IMG/VR virus record: IMGVR_UViG_3300033121_002239
Span: 9,025 to 73,024 of that record
DNA: 64,000 bases
Direction: 5' to 3' (one strand)
Source: a virus
Taxonomy: Duplodnaviria; Caudoviricetes
Both the position numbers and the translations under genes were made by a program. How positions within the stretch are numbered: the first letter of the stretch is position 1; each line of letters starts with the position of its first letter. Positions 8,780 through 16,607 of the stretch are shown in pieces. Below the pieces are notes generated by a model, which made no database searches, was not told the origin of the DNA, and worked only from the letters and a program-made list of their open reading frames with translations.

Positions 8780-11434
8780 ATGTTCGACGACGACGAGCTC
8801 GACATCGGGCTGCGGGTGACGCTGAAGGATGCGTTCTCCGTCGCTGCGACGAAGATCGAAGGGGCCTGGAAGGGGCTCCAGGCGCGGCTCCGTGGGAACA
8901 CGCAGGGCCCCACGCTCCTTCAGCGCGGGCTCGACGGGGTGAAGGGCGCCGCCGAGCGCCTGAACCGCGCGCTCTCGGGCACGAACACGCTCCTCCCGAC
9001 GTTCGGGACCTTGGTTCGAACGGCCGGGTCGATGCTCCGCGACCTCATCGGCCACGCGATCCGGTCGGGCTCCGAGATCGAGAACCTCGAGCTCGCGTTC
9101 ACGACGATGCTCGGCGGCGCGGACGCGGCGCGCGCCCACCTCGAAGAGCTCCAGCGCTTTGCCCTGGGGAAACCGTTTGAATTCGCGCAGCTCGCGAGCG
9201 CCTCGCGCACGCTCCAGACCTACGGCTTCGCTGCGCGCGACGTGACGGGGCTACTGCGAGATATGGGCGACGCCGCCTTCACGGCCAACACGGGCTATGT
9301 GGGCGTCGAGCGCATGGTGCGTGTCTTCGGGCAGATTCGCGCCACCGGGCAGGCCACGAAGGGGCACCTGAACATGCTCGTCGCGTCGGGCGTCGACGCG
9401 TACGCGATCCTTCGTGAGCAACTTGGATTGACAGGGGAACAGCTCAAGAACATTGCTCGGAGCGGCATCCCCGCCGAGCGGATCATCACCGCGCTGCGCA
9501 CTGGGATGCAACAGCGCTACGGCGGCGGCATGGAACGAGCCGCCGCGACCCTGGCCGCGAAGCTCTCGGACTTGCAGGACCTCGCGGGCCTCTTCTACCG
9601 CACGCTCTACCGCGAACTCGGCCCCTACCTCATCTGGTTCATCGACAAGCTCTCGGGCGCGCTCACGGGCAACATGACCGGGATCACGCGCACGGTGAAG
9701 ACCACCGTCGCGACCATCCTCGGCCTCGGTCGCATCCTCGTGGGCGTCCTCGGGGGCGCGTTCTCGGACGTGCGCGGGCGGTGGGAGCGGGACTCGCGCG
9801 GCGCGACGCGCTCGGTGACGCAGACGCTCGAACGCTTCGCGTGGACGATCGAGGGCGTGGCGGCGCTCGTGTCGTCGGACAACGGCCGTGGCCTCGCGCA
9901 GGTGCCCCGCGGCCTCCAGCGCAACCTCGTCGACCGTGGCTTGTGGCCGACGGTCGTCGCGATGGCGCGCGTCTTCAACCGCCTGCGCGCGCTCGTCGGC
10001 GGCTTCGTCGAGGGCCTCGCGCGAGGCTTCAACGATGGCGCGCGCCGCATCCGCGTCGTGACCGACGCGCTCGGCCTCACGCAGGCGGGCATGACCATGA
10101 CCCGCGCCGAGGCCACGCGCCTCGGGGAGCGCCTCGGGCGCCTCGTGACGATGCTGGCCCTCGTGAAGGCCGCGACGCTCGCCGTCCGCGCCGCGGGCCT
10201 GATCACTCTGCCCGTTCTGCGGCTCCTCGGGCCGACGCGCGACCCGATCACGGGGAAGTTCGTCGCGGGCAACGCCGCGTCGCTCGCGCAGGCCCTCGGC
10301 CGCCAGCTCCTCGCCACGGGTCGCGCCCTCCCGGGCGTCCTCGCGCAGACGCGCATCGGGATGGAGCGCCTCGCGGGCGTGTCGCTGCGCTTCGCGCTCG
10401 CGAACCCCGTCCTCACGGCCGTCGCGCTCGCCGTCGTGGCGATCGGCCTGGCCTCGCTCTGGGCCTACCGCCACGCCGACCAGCTCGCGTCCTCGTCGCC
10501 GAAGTGGCGCGCGCTGCGCGTCGCCCTGAACCTCGTCTTCGGTCCCTTCATCGAACTCGCGGTGCTCCTCGGGCGCACCGACGGGTCCTTCGAGCGGTTC
10601 CGCGGGCGCGTCGTCGCGGGGGCGCAGTCGCTCTGGCGGGCGCTCTATCCGCTGCGCGTGGCCGTCGCCCTGATCGTGCTCGCGTGGTACGTCGTGCAGG
10701 CGCGCGTCGCGATGGCGCTCGCGTGGATGGTCGGCGCCCTCGCGCGGGCGGCGGTGTGGATCGGGGGCATGGTGGGCCGCGCCGCCCTCGCGATCGGCCG
10801 CTACCTCACCGCCCCCTTCGTGGCCCTCTTCGGGTGGATCCGCGCGCACGTCGGGGTCTTCGCGGCCATCGCCCGCGTCCTCTTCGCGCCGTTTCTCTTC
10901 GCCGCGCGGTTCGCGTTCGGGCTCGTCCTCGGCGTGCTGCGGGCCGTCGGGGGCTTTCTTGAGCGCCGGTTCGGGCTGCACCTCGCCGGGGCGCGGCTCG
11001 CCCTCGTGCTCCTCGTGGGCGCGATCCGCACGAGCTTCACGTCGCTCCCGAACCTCCTCCTCGCCCCCTTGCGCCTCGTGGCGCGCGAGATCGTGTCGAT
11101 GTACCGCGGTCTCCCGGCGGCCCTTCGCCCCGCGGGCCTGGAGGGCGCGGCGCGGACCCTGGAGACCTTCGCCCAAGGCCCCGCGACCCCCGCGCAGGCG
11201 GGCGCCGTGGTGGACACCCAGGCGGCCGGCGCGGTGACGTCCGCGAACGTCGCCCGCACGACGAGCGTGATGGCCGCCGCGCAGACCCCGGCCGCGGCCC
11301 CGACGGTGGTCGTTCCGCCCCCGCCCCCGGGCACGACCGTCGTGCAGATTGACGGCCGCGAGATCCTGCGCGCGGTCGATCGGCAGAACACCACCACGGC
11401 CCTGCGCGGCGGGCGCGCGGTCGAGACGGAGTAG
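8780..11434 (+). CDS. Tail tape measure protein (inverted relative to the tail operon)
   Basis: Tape-measure domain ENLELAFTTMLGGADAARAHLEELQRFA..PFEF...GQIRATG, long amphipathic/hydrophobic helices, and the typical C-terminus VQIDGREILRAV. Confidence 0.9.
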   Translation: MFDDDELDIGLRVTLKDAFSVAATKIEGAWKGLQARLRGNTQGPTLLQRGLDGVKGAAERLNRALSGTNTLLPTFGTLVRTAGSMLRDLIGHAIRSGSEIENLELAFTTMLGGADAARAHLEELQRFALGKPFEFAQLASASRTLQTYGFAARDVTGLLRDMGDAAFTANTGYVGVERMVRVFGQIRATGQATKGHLNMLVASGVDAYAILREQLGLTGEQLKNIARSGIPAERIITALRTGMQQRYGGGMERAAATLAAKLSDLQDLAGLFYRTLYRELGPYLIWFIDKLSGALTGNMTGITRTVKTTVATILGLGRILVGVLGGAFSDVRGRWERDSRGATRSVTQTLERFAWTIEGVAALVSSDNGRGLAQVPRGLQRNLVDRGLWPTVVAMARVFNRLRALVGGFVEGLARGFNDGARRIRVVTDALGLTQAGMTMTRAEATRLGERLGRLVTMLALVKAATLAVRAAGLITLPVLRLLGPTRDPITGKFVAGNAASLAQALGRQLLATGRALPGVLAQTRIGMERLAGVSLRFALANPVLTAVALAVVAIGLASLWAYRHADQLASSSPKWRALRVALNLVFGPFIELAVLLGRTDGSFERFRGRVVAGAQSLWRALYPLRVAVALIVLAWYVVQARVAMALAWMVGALARAAVWIGGMVGRAALAIGRYLTAPFVALFGWIRAHVGVFAAIARVLFAPFLFAARFAFGLVLGVLRAVGGFLERRFGLHLAGARLALVLLVGAIRTSFTSLPNLLLAPLRLVAREIVSMYRGLPAALRPAGLEGAARTLETFAQGPATPAQAGAVVDTQAAGAVTSANVARTTSVMAAAQTPAAAPTVVVPPPPPGTTVVQIDGREILRAVDRQNTTTALRGGRAVETE
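8781..8877 (+). repeat. Inverted repeat, left copy (5' end of the tape-measure gene)
   Basis: 95/97 nt identical to the reverse complement of 14860..14956, with mismatches only at 8841 and 8845. Confidence 0.95.
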
Positions 11435-11455
11435 CCTGAACGCATGTCCAGGCTA

Positions 11456-11494
11456 CCGTGACCTCCGCGGGCTGTGGTTCCGTACCCTCGCACC
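11456..11494 (+). promoter_or_regulatory. Putative leaderless promoter of the lipoprotein moron
   Basis: CCGTGACC..CCGCGG..CCGTACCCTC is conserved at 42460-42497. TACCCT lies exactly 6 nt before the ATG in both copies. Confidence 0.5.
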
Positions 11495-12373
11495 ATGCGC
11501 TTCCCCCTCGCCCTTCTCCTGCTCACGCTCGTTGCCTGCGGCTCCTCGAACAACGGCGCGGCGCCCTGCGTCGGCGGGCAGACCATTGCGTGTCCGTGTG
11601 CGGGCGGAGGGATGGGGACGCAGACGTGCCAGAGCGACGGGCGCTACTCGGCGTGCGTCTGTCCCGACGCCGCGACTGTGGTCGACGTCGTCGCCCCGGT
11701 AGACGCGCCCGCCGACCGGGAGCTCCCGCCACCCGACCGGACACCGAGCGGGGAGGACGTGGCAGAGGCAGGGGGCGAGACCGGGACGGCCGTCGACGAC
11801 GTCGCTCTGGTGCTCGACGCGGGCACCCCCGACGACGGCCCGCAGGGGATCGACACGGGGGCGGAGGTGGATGTGCCCGCCGACCGGGAGAATCCGCCCG
11901 ATGCCAGGACCACGGTCGACGTCGTCGTAGATCGCCCGTGCGCCGAGGGGACGGTGGAATGCTCCGGGGCCACTACGATGAGGGTGTGCCGCGGGGGCGC
12001 GTGGACAGAGGTGTCATGCGGGCGCTCGACCGACGACCGCCAGGAAGTCTGCACACCGAGCACGAACGTCTGTTCGATCCGTCCGTCCGTGACAGGCTCC
12101 TGCACCTCGAACAACCAGTGCGGCTATGGGTACTACGGCTGTGTCGCGGGGTCGTGCGTGTGGCGAGGCGCGGTGGCTTGCGTCGATGACCTCGGCTGTC
12201 GGGACGTCTTCGGCGAGTTCTCGAACTTCCGGTGCGTGCCCGTCACGATCTACGGCCAGACCGCGCGAGCCTGCCAGGAAGCCGCCTACCCACCGCGGGC
12301 GTGCGTGATCGACGCGCAATGCCTCGCCACCTATCGGTGTAACGTGCAGAGCGGGTTCTGCGTCCGGCGCTGA
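11495..12373 (+). CDS. Cys-rich surface lipoprotein paralog 2
   Basis: Signal peptide and lipobox (LLLLTLVA-C), myxobacterial-type CVGGQTIACPC module, acidic linker, 18-Cys C-terminal domain. Confidence 0.8.
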   Translation: MRFPLALLLLTLVACGSSNNGAAPCVGGQTIACPCAGGGMGTQTCQSDGRYSACVCPDAATVVDVVAPVDAPADRELPPPDRTPSGEDVAEAGGETGTAVDDVALVLDAGTPDDGPQGIDTGAEVDVPADRENPPDARTTVDVVVDRPCAEGTVECSGATTMRVCRGGAWTEVSCGRSTDDRQEVCTPSTNVCSIRPSVTGSCTSNNQCGYGYYGCVAGSCVWRGAVACVDDLGCRDVFGEFSNFRCVPVTIYGQTARACQEAAYPPRACVIDAQCLATYRCNVQSGFCVRR

Positions 12374-12376
12374 GGG

Positions 12377-13393
12377 TCAGAACTTCGGCTTGGGCGTGCG
12401 CTTGCGACGGCGGGTCGGGTCGAACTCGATCACCGACTTGATCTCGGTCTGTTGCCCCTTGCCCTTCTCGCGGGCTTCGCGGGCCTTGGCCTGCGCCTCA
12501 CGGATGACCCGGCGCCGGTCCTCATCGACCTCCCGCATGAGGCGCCCGATGAAGCGTTGCGCCCGCGCGAGCTTGACCCGCTCCAGCTTCTCCCACCGGG
12601 TGTCCTCGCCGTTGAACTCGACCTCATTGCGGAGGCGTTTGTCGTAGCTCATCCGGCGCGACACGTTGAGCTTGCCGGGGGTGGTCGGGTCGGCAGAGAG
12701 GAGCCGCAGCGGGACGAGGATCTCCCGCTCGGCGACCTCCGGCCCGATCACGCCCGAGGCGACGTCGGCCTCGACGCGACCGACCCGACTCTCCATCGCG
12801 TCGAGTCGGTCGTTGGAGGGGACGGCGATCCCGACGGCCTTGAGCACCTCGGGCACGGCCGCACACACGACCTGGGGGACGATCGACGCGAGGAGCTGCT
12901 GAAGGGTCTCCAGGGTGAACGCGGCGGGCGGGGTCGCACCGGGGAGGGTGGCCGTCCCGGTCGCCCTGAGCTGGGGCAGGACGTGGTCGGCCAGGAGCTT
13001 GCGCAGCTTGCGGCCCTTCTCGGTGAGCGAGAGCAGGAGCGCCTTGTCGATGCCACCCGCGGTCAGCACCATGAGGAACCGCGCTCCGCCACGGCCGCGC
13101 GAATGACTACACTCCGAAGTGTAGTCATTCCGAAGCGCTTGAAACTCCGCGAGTTCGGCGTTTGCGAGCATGAGGAAGTCCGTGCCTTCCTCGAACTCCC
13201 CGGACCACCCGCCTCGAATTTGGTCAACGATCTTCCGTCCGCGCTCGTACACGACCTCGCCCACCTGCGCGGCGGGCCAGACCCAACGGTCGCGGAAGTA
13301 GACGGCGGTGATCGTCTTGCCTTCGAACTCGATGATGCGGGTGAGGGTCGTGGGCGCATCGTGCGGTTGCGTTTTTTGCGTGCTGTCTCTCAT
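12377..13393 (-). CDS. Bro-N/ORF6N-like phage antirepressor
   Basis: IEFEGKTI..WVWPAAQVG...GTDF...LTAGGI..LLLS.TEKGRKLRKLLADHVLPQLRATG. Confidence 0.7.
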   Translation of the reverse strand: MRDSTQKTQPHDAPTTLTRIIEFEGKTITAVYFRDRWVWPAAQVGEVVYERGRKIVDQIRGGWSGEFEEGTDFLMLANAELAEFQALRNDYTSECSHSRGRGGARFLMVLTAGGIDKALLLSLTEKGRKLRKLLADHVLPQLRATGTATLPGATPPAAFTLETLQQLLASIVPQVVCAAVPEVLKAVGIAVPSNDRLDAMESRVGRVEADVASGVIGPEVAEREILVPLRLLSADPTTPGKLNVSRRMSYDKRLRNEVEFNGEDTRWEKLERVKLARAQRFIGRLMREVDEDRRRVIREAQAKAREAREKGKGQQTEIKSVIEFDPTRRRKRTPKPKF

Positions 13394-13530
13394 GGTGAGA
13401 GTGCCTCCTTTGCGGATTTCGCCCATGCAAGATGATCGCCCGATCAGTGCCAACGGCACGGTGGATGCGTCCCGGCGCAACCCATCCGAGGGGGCGAGGA
13501 GTACCCTTCGAAGGAGAGGGGTGATAGGCG

Positions 13531-13824
13531 ATGAGCATGGCGACCACGAAAAAGTCCGCGCAGCCGAAGAAGCCCGCGGCCAAGACGAGGAAGAAGAGCA
13601 AGCTCACAATCGCGGGCGAGGAGGCATCACGGCTCGCGCGAAGGACCATGCTCCAGGCCACCCTCACGGCCTGCGGCTGGAATCTGTCAAAGGCCGCGGA
13701 GCTGCTGGACATGACGAGCGCGTCGGACGTGATCCGAGCGATTGGTGAACTCGACCTGGACAAAGAGCTTCTCGCGGCTCGTGAACGCGGGGACGTGGCC
13801 CGCGGTCGGCGCTGGTTTATTTGA
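13531..13824 (+). CDS. Small Fis-like HTH DNA-binding protein
   Basis: LTACGWNLSKAAELLDMTSASDVIRAI. Paralog of 688..969. Confidence 0.65.
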   Translation: MSMATTKKSAQPKKPAAKTRKKSKLTIAGEEASRLARRTMLQATLTACGWNLSKAAELLDMTSASDVIRAIGELDLDKELLAARERGDVARGRRWFI

Positions 13825-13845
13825 GCCAGTCAGCGTAATTCAATA

Positions 13846-13874
13846 TTGCGAACTCGCACAATTAAGCGTAGCGT
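13846..13874 (+). promoter_or_regulatory. Sigma70-like promoter with palindromic operator
   Basis: TTGCGA, 17 nt, TAGCGT. Palindrome TGCGA-ac-TCGCA at 13847-13858. AT-rich. Confidence 0.55.
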
Positions 13875-13925
13875 GTTCTCCGTCTTCGCGCGACCCTAGA
13901 CCCTCGCGCGCGACGGAGGATCGCC

Positions 13926-14156
13926 ATGAACGCGCCCGTTCAACCGTGCCCTATTGTCTTCGACGCCTTCGAGCATCCCCATCACCCCGACTGCCTGTGT
14001 GACCTCTGCTACCCCGCCGAGGACGGGGACGTGTGGGACGCGACGCTCGACTTCGAGACGCCCGAACCGCCCCTCCCGTGGGAGGACGCCTTCGAGCCCG
14101 TCTTTCACTCCCTCGCCCCGGAGCGCCCGCTCCCGCATCGCAAGGCGGTCGGATGA
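13926..14156 (+). CDS. Small acidic Cys/His-containing protein
   Basis: GGAGG RBS; HHPDCLCDLC and LPWE motifs. Confidence 0.5.
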   Translation: MNAPVQPCPIVFDAFEHPHHPDCLCDLCYPAEDGDVWDATLDFETPEPPLPWEDAFEPVFHSLAPERPLPHRKAVG

Positions 14157-14851
14157 GCGCCCCTCCCTCGCCGCGCGTGGAGACGCGCATCGAAACCCTG
14201 CGCCGCGTGGTCACGGCCTGCACCGACACGACAACCTGGGAGTTCTCGGTCTGGGAGGACTGGACCGATGGCGAGCCGCGCATTCGCGACACCGATGCAG
14301 CGGAGCGCCTTTCCTTCTCTCGCCCGCGGAAGATCCGTGAACTCATCGAACGGACATGGCCTGCGGACAAACGTCCGAACTGCCGCCCCACGGCGGGGCG
14401 GCAGTCCACCGGCAACGGTGCCGTACGAGAGTACGCCGTCACCGAGTACTGGCTCACCGAGGCCGAACTCCTCAAGCTCTGCGCGCGTGCTCGCACCGAG
14501 GTCGCCGAAGTGATCTTGGACGAGATGATCGCGACCTACATCGCGGTGCGACGCCACCTGCTCACGACGGTCCACGTCGCCGCACACGACCGGAAGCTCC
14601 CCGCGCCGAAGGCTCTCCCGGCGCCCGCACCTATCCCGTTGCCTGCTCCGTCGCCCACTTACGGCGAGGCGCCCACCTTCCCGACGCTCGTTCAGATGGC
14701 GATGAAGCGCCGTCCCGAGGTCTCCGGGTGGGTGTGGTCGCGCCTCGCAACGCTCCCGCTTCTGCCCCACCTGCCCCTCACGCTCGCTGCGATCGTTGGA
14801 CTCGCAGAGCACCTCGAACTCTACGCGATCCCGCCCGACGACACGCACTGA
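14153..14851 (+). CDS. Phage antirepressor-like DNA-binding protein
   Basis: PRIRDTDAAERLSFSRPRKIRELIER...EYWLTEAELLKLCARART..A..I..EMI. Confidence 0.6.
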   Translation: MSAPPSPRVETRIETLRRVVTACTDTTTWEFSVWEDWTDGEPRIRDTDAAERLSFSRPRKIRELIERTWPADKRPNCRPTAGRQSTGNGAVREYAVTEYWLTEAELLKLCARARTEVAEVILDEMIATYIAVRRHLLTTVHVAAHDRKLPAPKALPAPAPIPLPAPSPTYGEAPTFPTLVQMAMKRRPEVSGWVWSRLATLPLLPHLPLTLAAIVGLAEHLELYAIPPDDTH

Positions 14852-14957
14852 CCCTCGAAAGCCCCTTCCAGGCCCCTTCGATCTTCGTCGCGGCGGCGGA
14901 GAACGCATCCTTCAGCGTCACCCGCAGCCCGATGTCGAGCTCGTCGTCGTCGAACAC
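14778..14957 (-). pseudogene. Tape-measure 5' stub (about 33 TMP codons plus unrelated tail, 59 aa) at the canonical TMP position
   Basis: GTG TTC GAC GAC GAC GAG CTC... matches the TMP N-terminus. It begins 24 nt after the chaperone extension stop and has a GAAGGGG RBS. Confidence 0.85.
14860..14956 (-). repeat. Inverted repeat, right copy
   Basis: Partner of 8781..8877. Confidence 0.95.
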
Positions 14958-14981
14958 GGCACCCCTTCGGGGGTGTCACCG

Positions 14982-15185
14982 TCAGACCTTCGGCGTGGCG
15001 TTCTGGATCGCGGCCCGCTCGGCGTCGAGGTCCTTCCGCAGCCGGTCGGCGTAGATCCACCGGAGCGGCGCGGCGAGGTTCATCACGTCGTCGTAGTTCG
15101 TGAAGACGCGCCCCTTCATCAGCAGGTACGCGTCCCCGTCGGGGTTGATCAGTCCAGCGCCGACACAATGTGCTGGAAGAAAAAA
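14982..15185 (-). CDS. -1 frameshift extension of the tail assembly chaperone (gpGT-like)
   Basis: The -1 frame is open from the slippery site to TGA at 14982: FLPAHCVGAG...NATPKV. Confidence 0.7.
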   Translation of the reverse strand, partial: FFLPAHCVGAGLINPDGDAYLLMKGRVFTNYDDVMNLAAPLRWIYADRLRKDLDAERAAIQNATPKV

Positions 15186-16048
15186 TTTGGATCGTCGTGC
15201 AGGCTGAAGAAGAAGGGCTTTGAGCACCCGCCGCACGCGATCTGCACGCGCGTCCGCGGCCCGCCCATCGGGAACCAGAGCTTCTCGGCGCCCTCGTCCT
15301 CGTCGTCTGCGGGCTCCTCGCGCTCGATCGTCACGCCGAGCTTGCGCCCGAGGTCGAGGGCCTTCGTGCGCCATGCGGCCTCGTGGTCAGGGGAGAGGAA
15401 GGTCCGGGGCTCGGTGAGCGCGTGCACCTGCCGCAGGGCGTTGAGCACGTCGCCGGGGAGGTCGAGGAGCGCGCGCGGGCCGACGACCTTGCCGTCGAGC
15501 TCCTTGACCAGCGCGAGCGGCCGGTCGATCGGCCCGAGGTGTCCCTGCGTCACGAACTTCTGGAACTGCTCATCGGTGACGCCCGACTCGACGCCGATCA
15601 GGAATCGGTACGCTTTGCCCGCGTGGTCTTGGAGCGTGAGCGTCCACCCGTCGGCGAGGATCGCGGGGTCGTAGGCGATGTCCTCGATCTCGTCGAGGTG
15701 CCAGGTGCGCTCGGCGTCGGTCCCGCAGTGGGGGCACTTCGTCGAGACCCGGCACTCCGACCCGTAGGTGATCGTGCGTGCGAGCATGAACGCCCGCCGC
15801 CGCGAGCCGTCGGGCATCCGGCGCACGAGGTCGCGCAGCCGGTCGCCCGTGTGGCGCTTGCCGTCGAGCGTGAGGATCGACCGCGCGAGCGCGTCGGTGA
15901 TCGCCCCGGGGAGGTCTTCGAACTTCCCGTCGCGGTTCGGGGTGAGTCGCTTCTGCGCGTGGCCGTCGAGGGGCTTGACGACGATCGACCGGCCGCACGG
16001 GAGCACGGTGGCCTTCTGGGGGTCGTACGTGGTGGAGGAGTCGCTCAT
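15149..16048 (-). CDS. Tail assembly chaperone / T4 gp26-gp51-like hub assembly protein
   Basis: Lies between the tube and the TMP position; ARTITYGSE..CPHCG and CGGC motifs. Confidence 0.7.
   Translation of the reverse strand: MSDSSTTYDPQKATVLPCGRSIVVKPLDGHAQKRLTPNRDGKFEDLPGAITDALARSILTLDGKRHTGDRLRDLVRRMPDGSRRRAFMLARTITYGSECRVSTKCPHCGTDAERTWHLDEIEDIAYDPAILADGWTLTLQDHAGKAYRFLIGVESGVTDEQFQKFVTQGHLGPIDRPLALVKELDGKVVGPRALLDLPGDVLNALRQVHALTEPRTFLSPDHEAAWRTKALDLGRKLGVTIEREEPADDEDEGAEKLWFPMGGPRTRVQIACGGCSKPFFFSLHDDPNFFFQHIVSALD
15179..15185 (-). promoter_or_regulatory. Programmed -1 ribosomal frameshift heptamer T TTT TTC
   Basis: AAT TTT TTC in the chaperone frame, an AT run in very GC-rich DNA, near the chaperone 3' end. 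Confidence 0.75.
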
Positions 16049-16086
16049 ACGCCTCCGCGCGGCGTCAACGTGGCGCCGCGTTGGCG

Positions 16087-16557
16087 TCAGGCGAGTTCGG
16101 CCGTGTCGAGCGAGAACTTCATGTCGGGCACGAGCGCGTCTTCCTTGCCCGCTTCGAGCTCGAGCTTCCCGAGGTCGGTCGGGAAGCACCCACTGAGCTT
16201 CCACGTCTCCTTTTCGGTGCCGTCGAGGTCGTAGATCACGACGGAGAGCTCACGCTTCGCGGCCTCGGGCGTCGCCGAGGTCTTGCCCGTCTGCGCGTTG
16301 ATGCACTGCCGCCGCCACGCCTGGAGGTACTGGCGCACGGTCCCATCGGCGGCCTCGAACATCGACACTTCGAGTTCTTCGAGCTCGCCCATGCCCGAAG
16401 GGAAGTGGGTCGGCAGGGCGTTGCCCGCGGACTGCACGCTGGTGCGCTTGATCTTGCCGAGGGGGACCGAGACCTTCTTGCACCAGCCGAGGGGCATCCC
16501 CTCGCCGAAGAGCTGGAAACGGCCAGAGACGAGCGGGGGACCGGGGGTAGGGTACAT
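16087..16557 (-). CDS. Tail tube protein (T4 gp19-like)
   Basis: 156 aa directly after the sheath; YDLDGTEKETWKLSGCFPT motif. Confidence 0.85.
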   Translation of the reverse strand: MYPTPGPPLVSGRFQLFGEGMPLGWCKKVSVPLGKIKRTSVQSAGNALPTHFPSGMGELEELEVSMFEAADGTVRQYLQAWRRQCINAQTGKTSATPEAAKRELSVVIYDLDGTEKETWKLSGCFPTDLGKLELEAGKEDALVPDMKFSLDTAELA

Positions 16558-16607
16558 GGTGCGACTCCTCACCTGTAGGAGCGCGCGTCACCCGCGGGGG
16601 CGGGGGA

